DNA of 64,000 nucleotides from a virus: positions 64,001 to 128,000 of IMG/VR virus record IMGVR_UViG_3300045974_000283; one strand, written 5' to 3'. Position 1 is the first letter of the stretch. Each line of letters opens with the position of its first letter. The notes under the pieces are model-generated. The model was not told where the DNA came from, did not search any database, and saw only the letters and a program-made list of their open reading frames with translations. Shown here piece after piece: positions 63,982-64,000 of the stretch. Both the position numbers and the translations under genes were made by a program.

Positions 63982-64000
63982 CCAGCCTGTAAATGCGCCC

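Noticed and set aside
1-64000. Stop-codon reassignment (seen in some jumbo phages)
   Set aside because: Genes are intact and tightly packed under the standard code, and TAG, TAA and TGA all end genes.
1-64000. tRNA or rRNA genes
   Set aside because: No cloverleaf with T-loop/CCA was recognised by eye in the few intergenic gaps. tRNAscan would be needed to exclude fully.

Overview
This window is a gene-dense, GC-rich segment of a large (jumbo-type) tailed phage genome. It contains no host housekeeping genes, and I found no rRNA, tRNA or CRISPR array. It has two divergent arms. Left arm (1-27.7 kb, minus strand): a cassette of at least 12 fibre, spike or decoration genes built from shared modules (LamG-like, beta-propeller, head-binding-like); a probable portal; the terminase large subunit; and a replication block (DnaB-like helicase, a degenerate DnaC/IstB-like protein, an SF2 helicase, a beta-clamp-like protein and a large SF2-type protein). 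At the strand switch is an AT-rich, palindrome- and hairpin-rich non-coding region of about 0.7 kb, a good candidate replication origin. Right arm (28.5-64 kb, plus strand): early genes behind near-consensus sigma70 promoters; a two-subunit type IIA topoisomerase; a histone H1-like protein; HNH and RuvC nucleases; a sigma-factor-like gene; then head and neck structural genes including a probable prohead protease. The best-supported novelty is a 200-aa mini-intein in GyrB that begins with Pro and carries the class 3 (W-C-T type) signature inside the TOPRIM DxD motif. Also notable are the candidate initiator-origin pair, a recurrent sense-strand GTWAAT motif that could be read by the phage sigma-like protein, and a V-x-A motif repeated through the putative head proteins. 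All assignments are by eye from motifs and context; no database searches were run.
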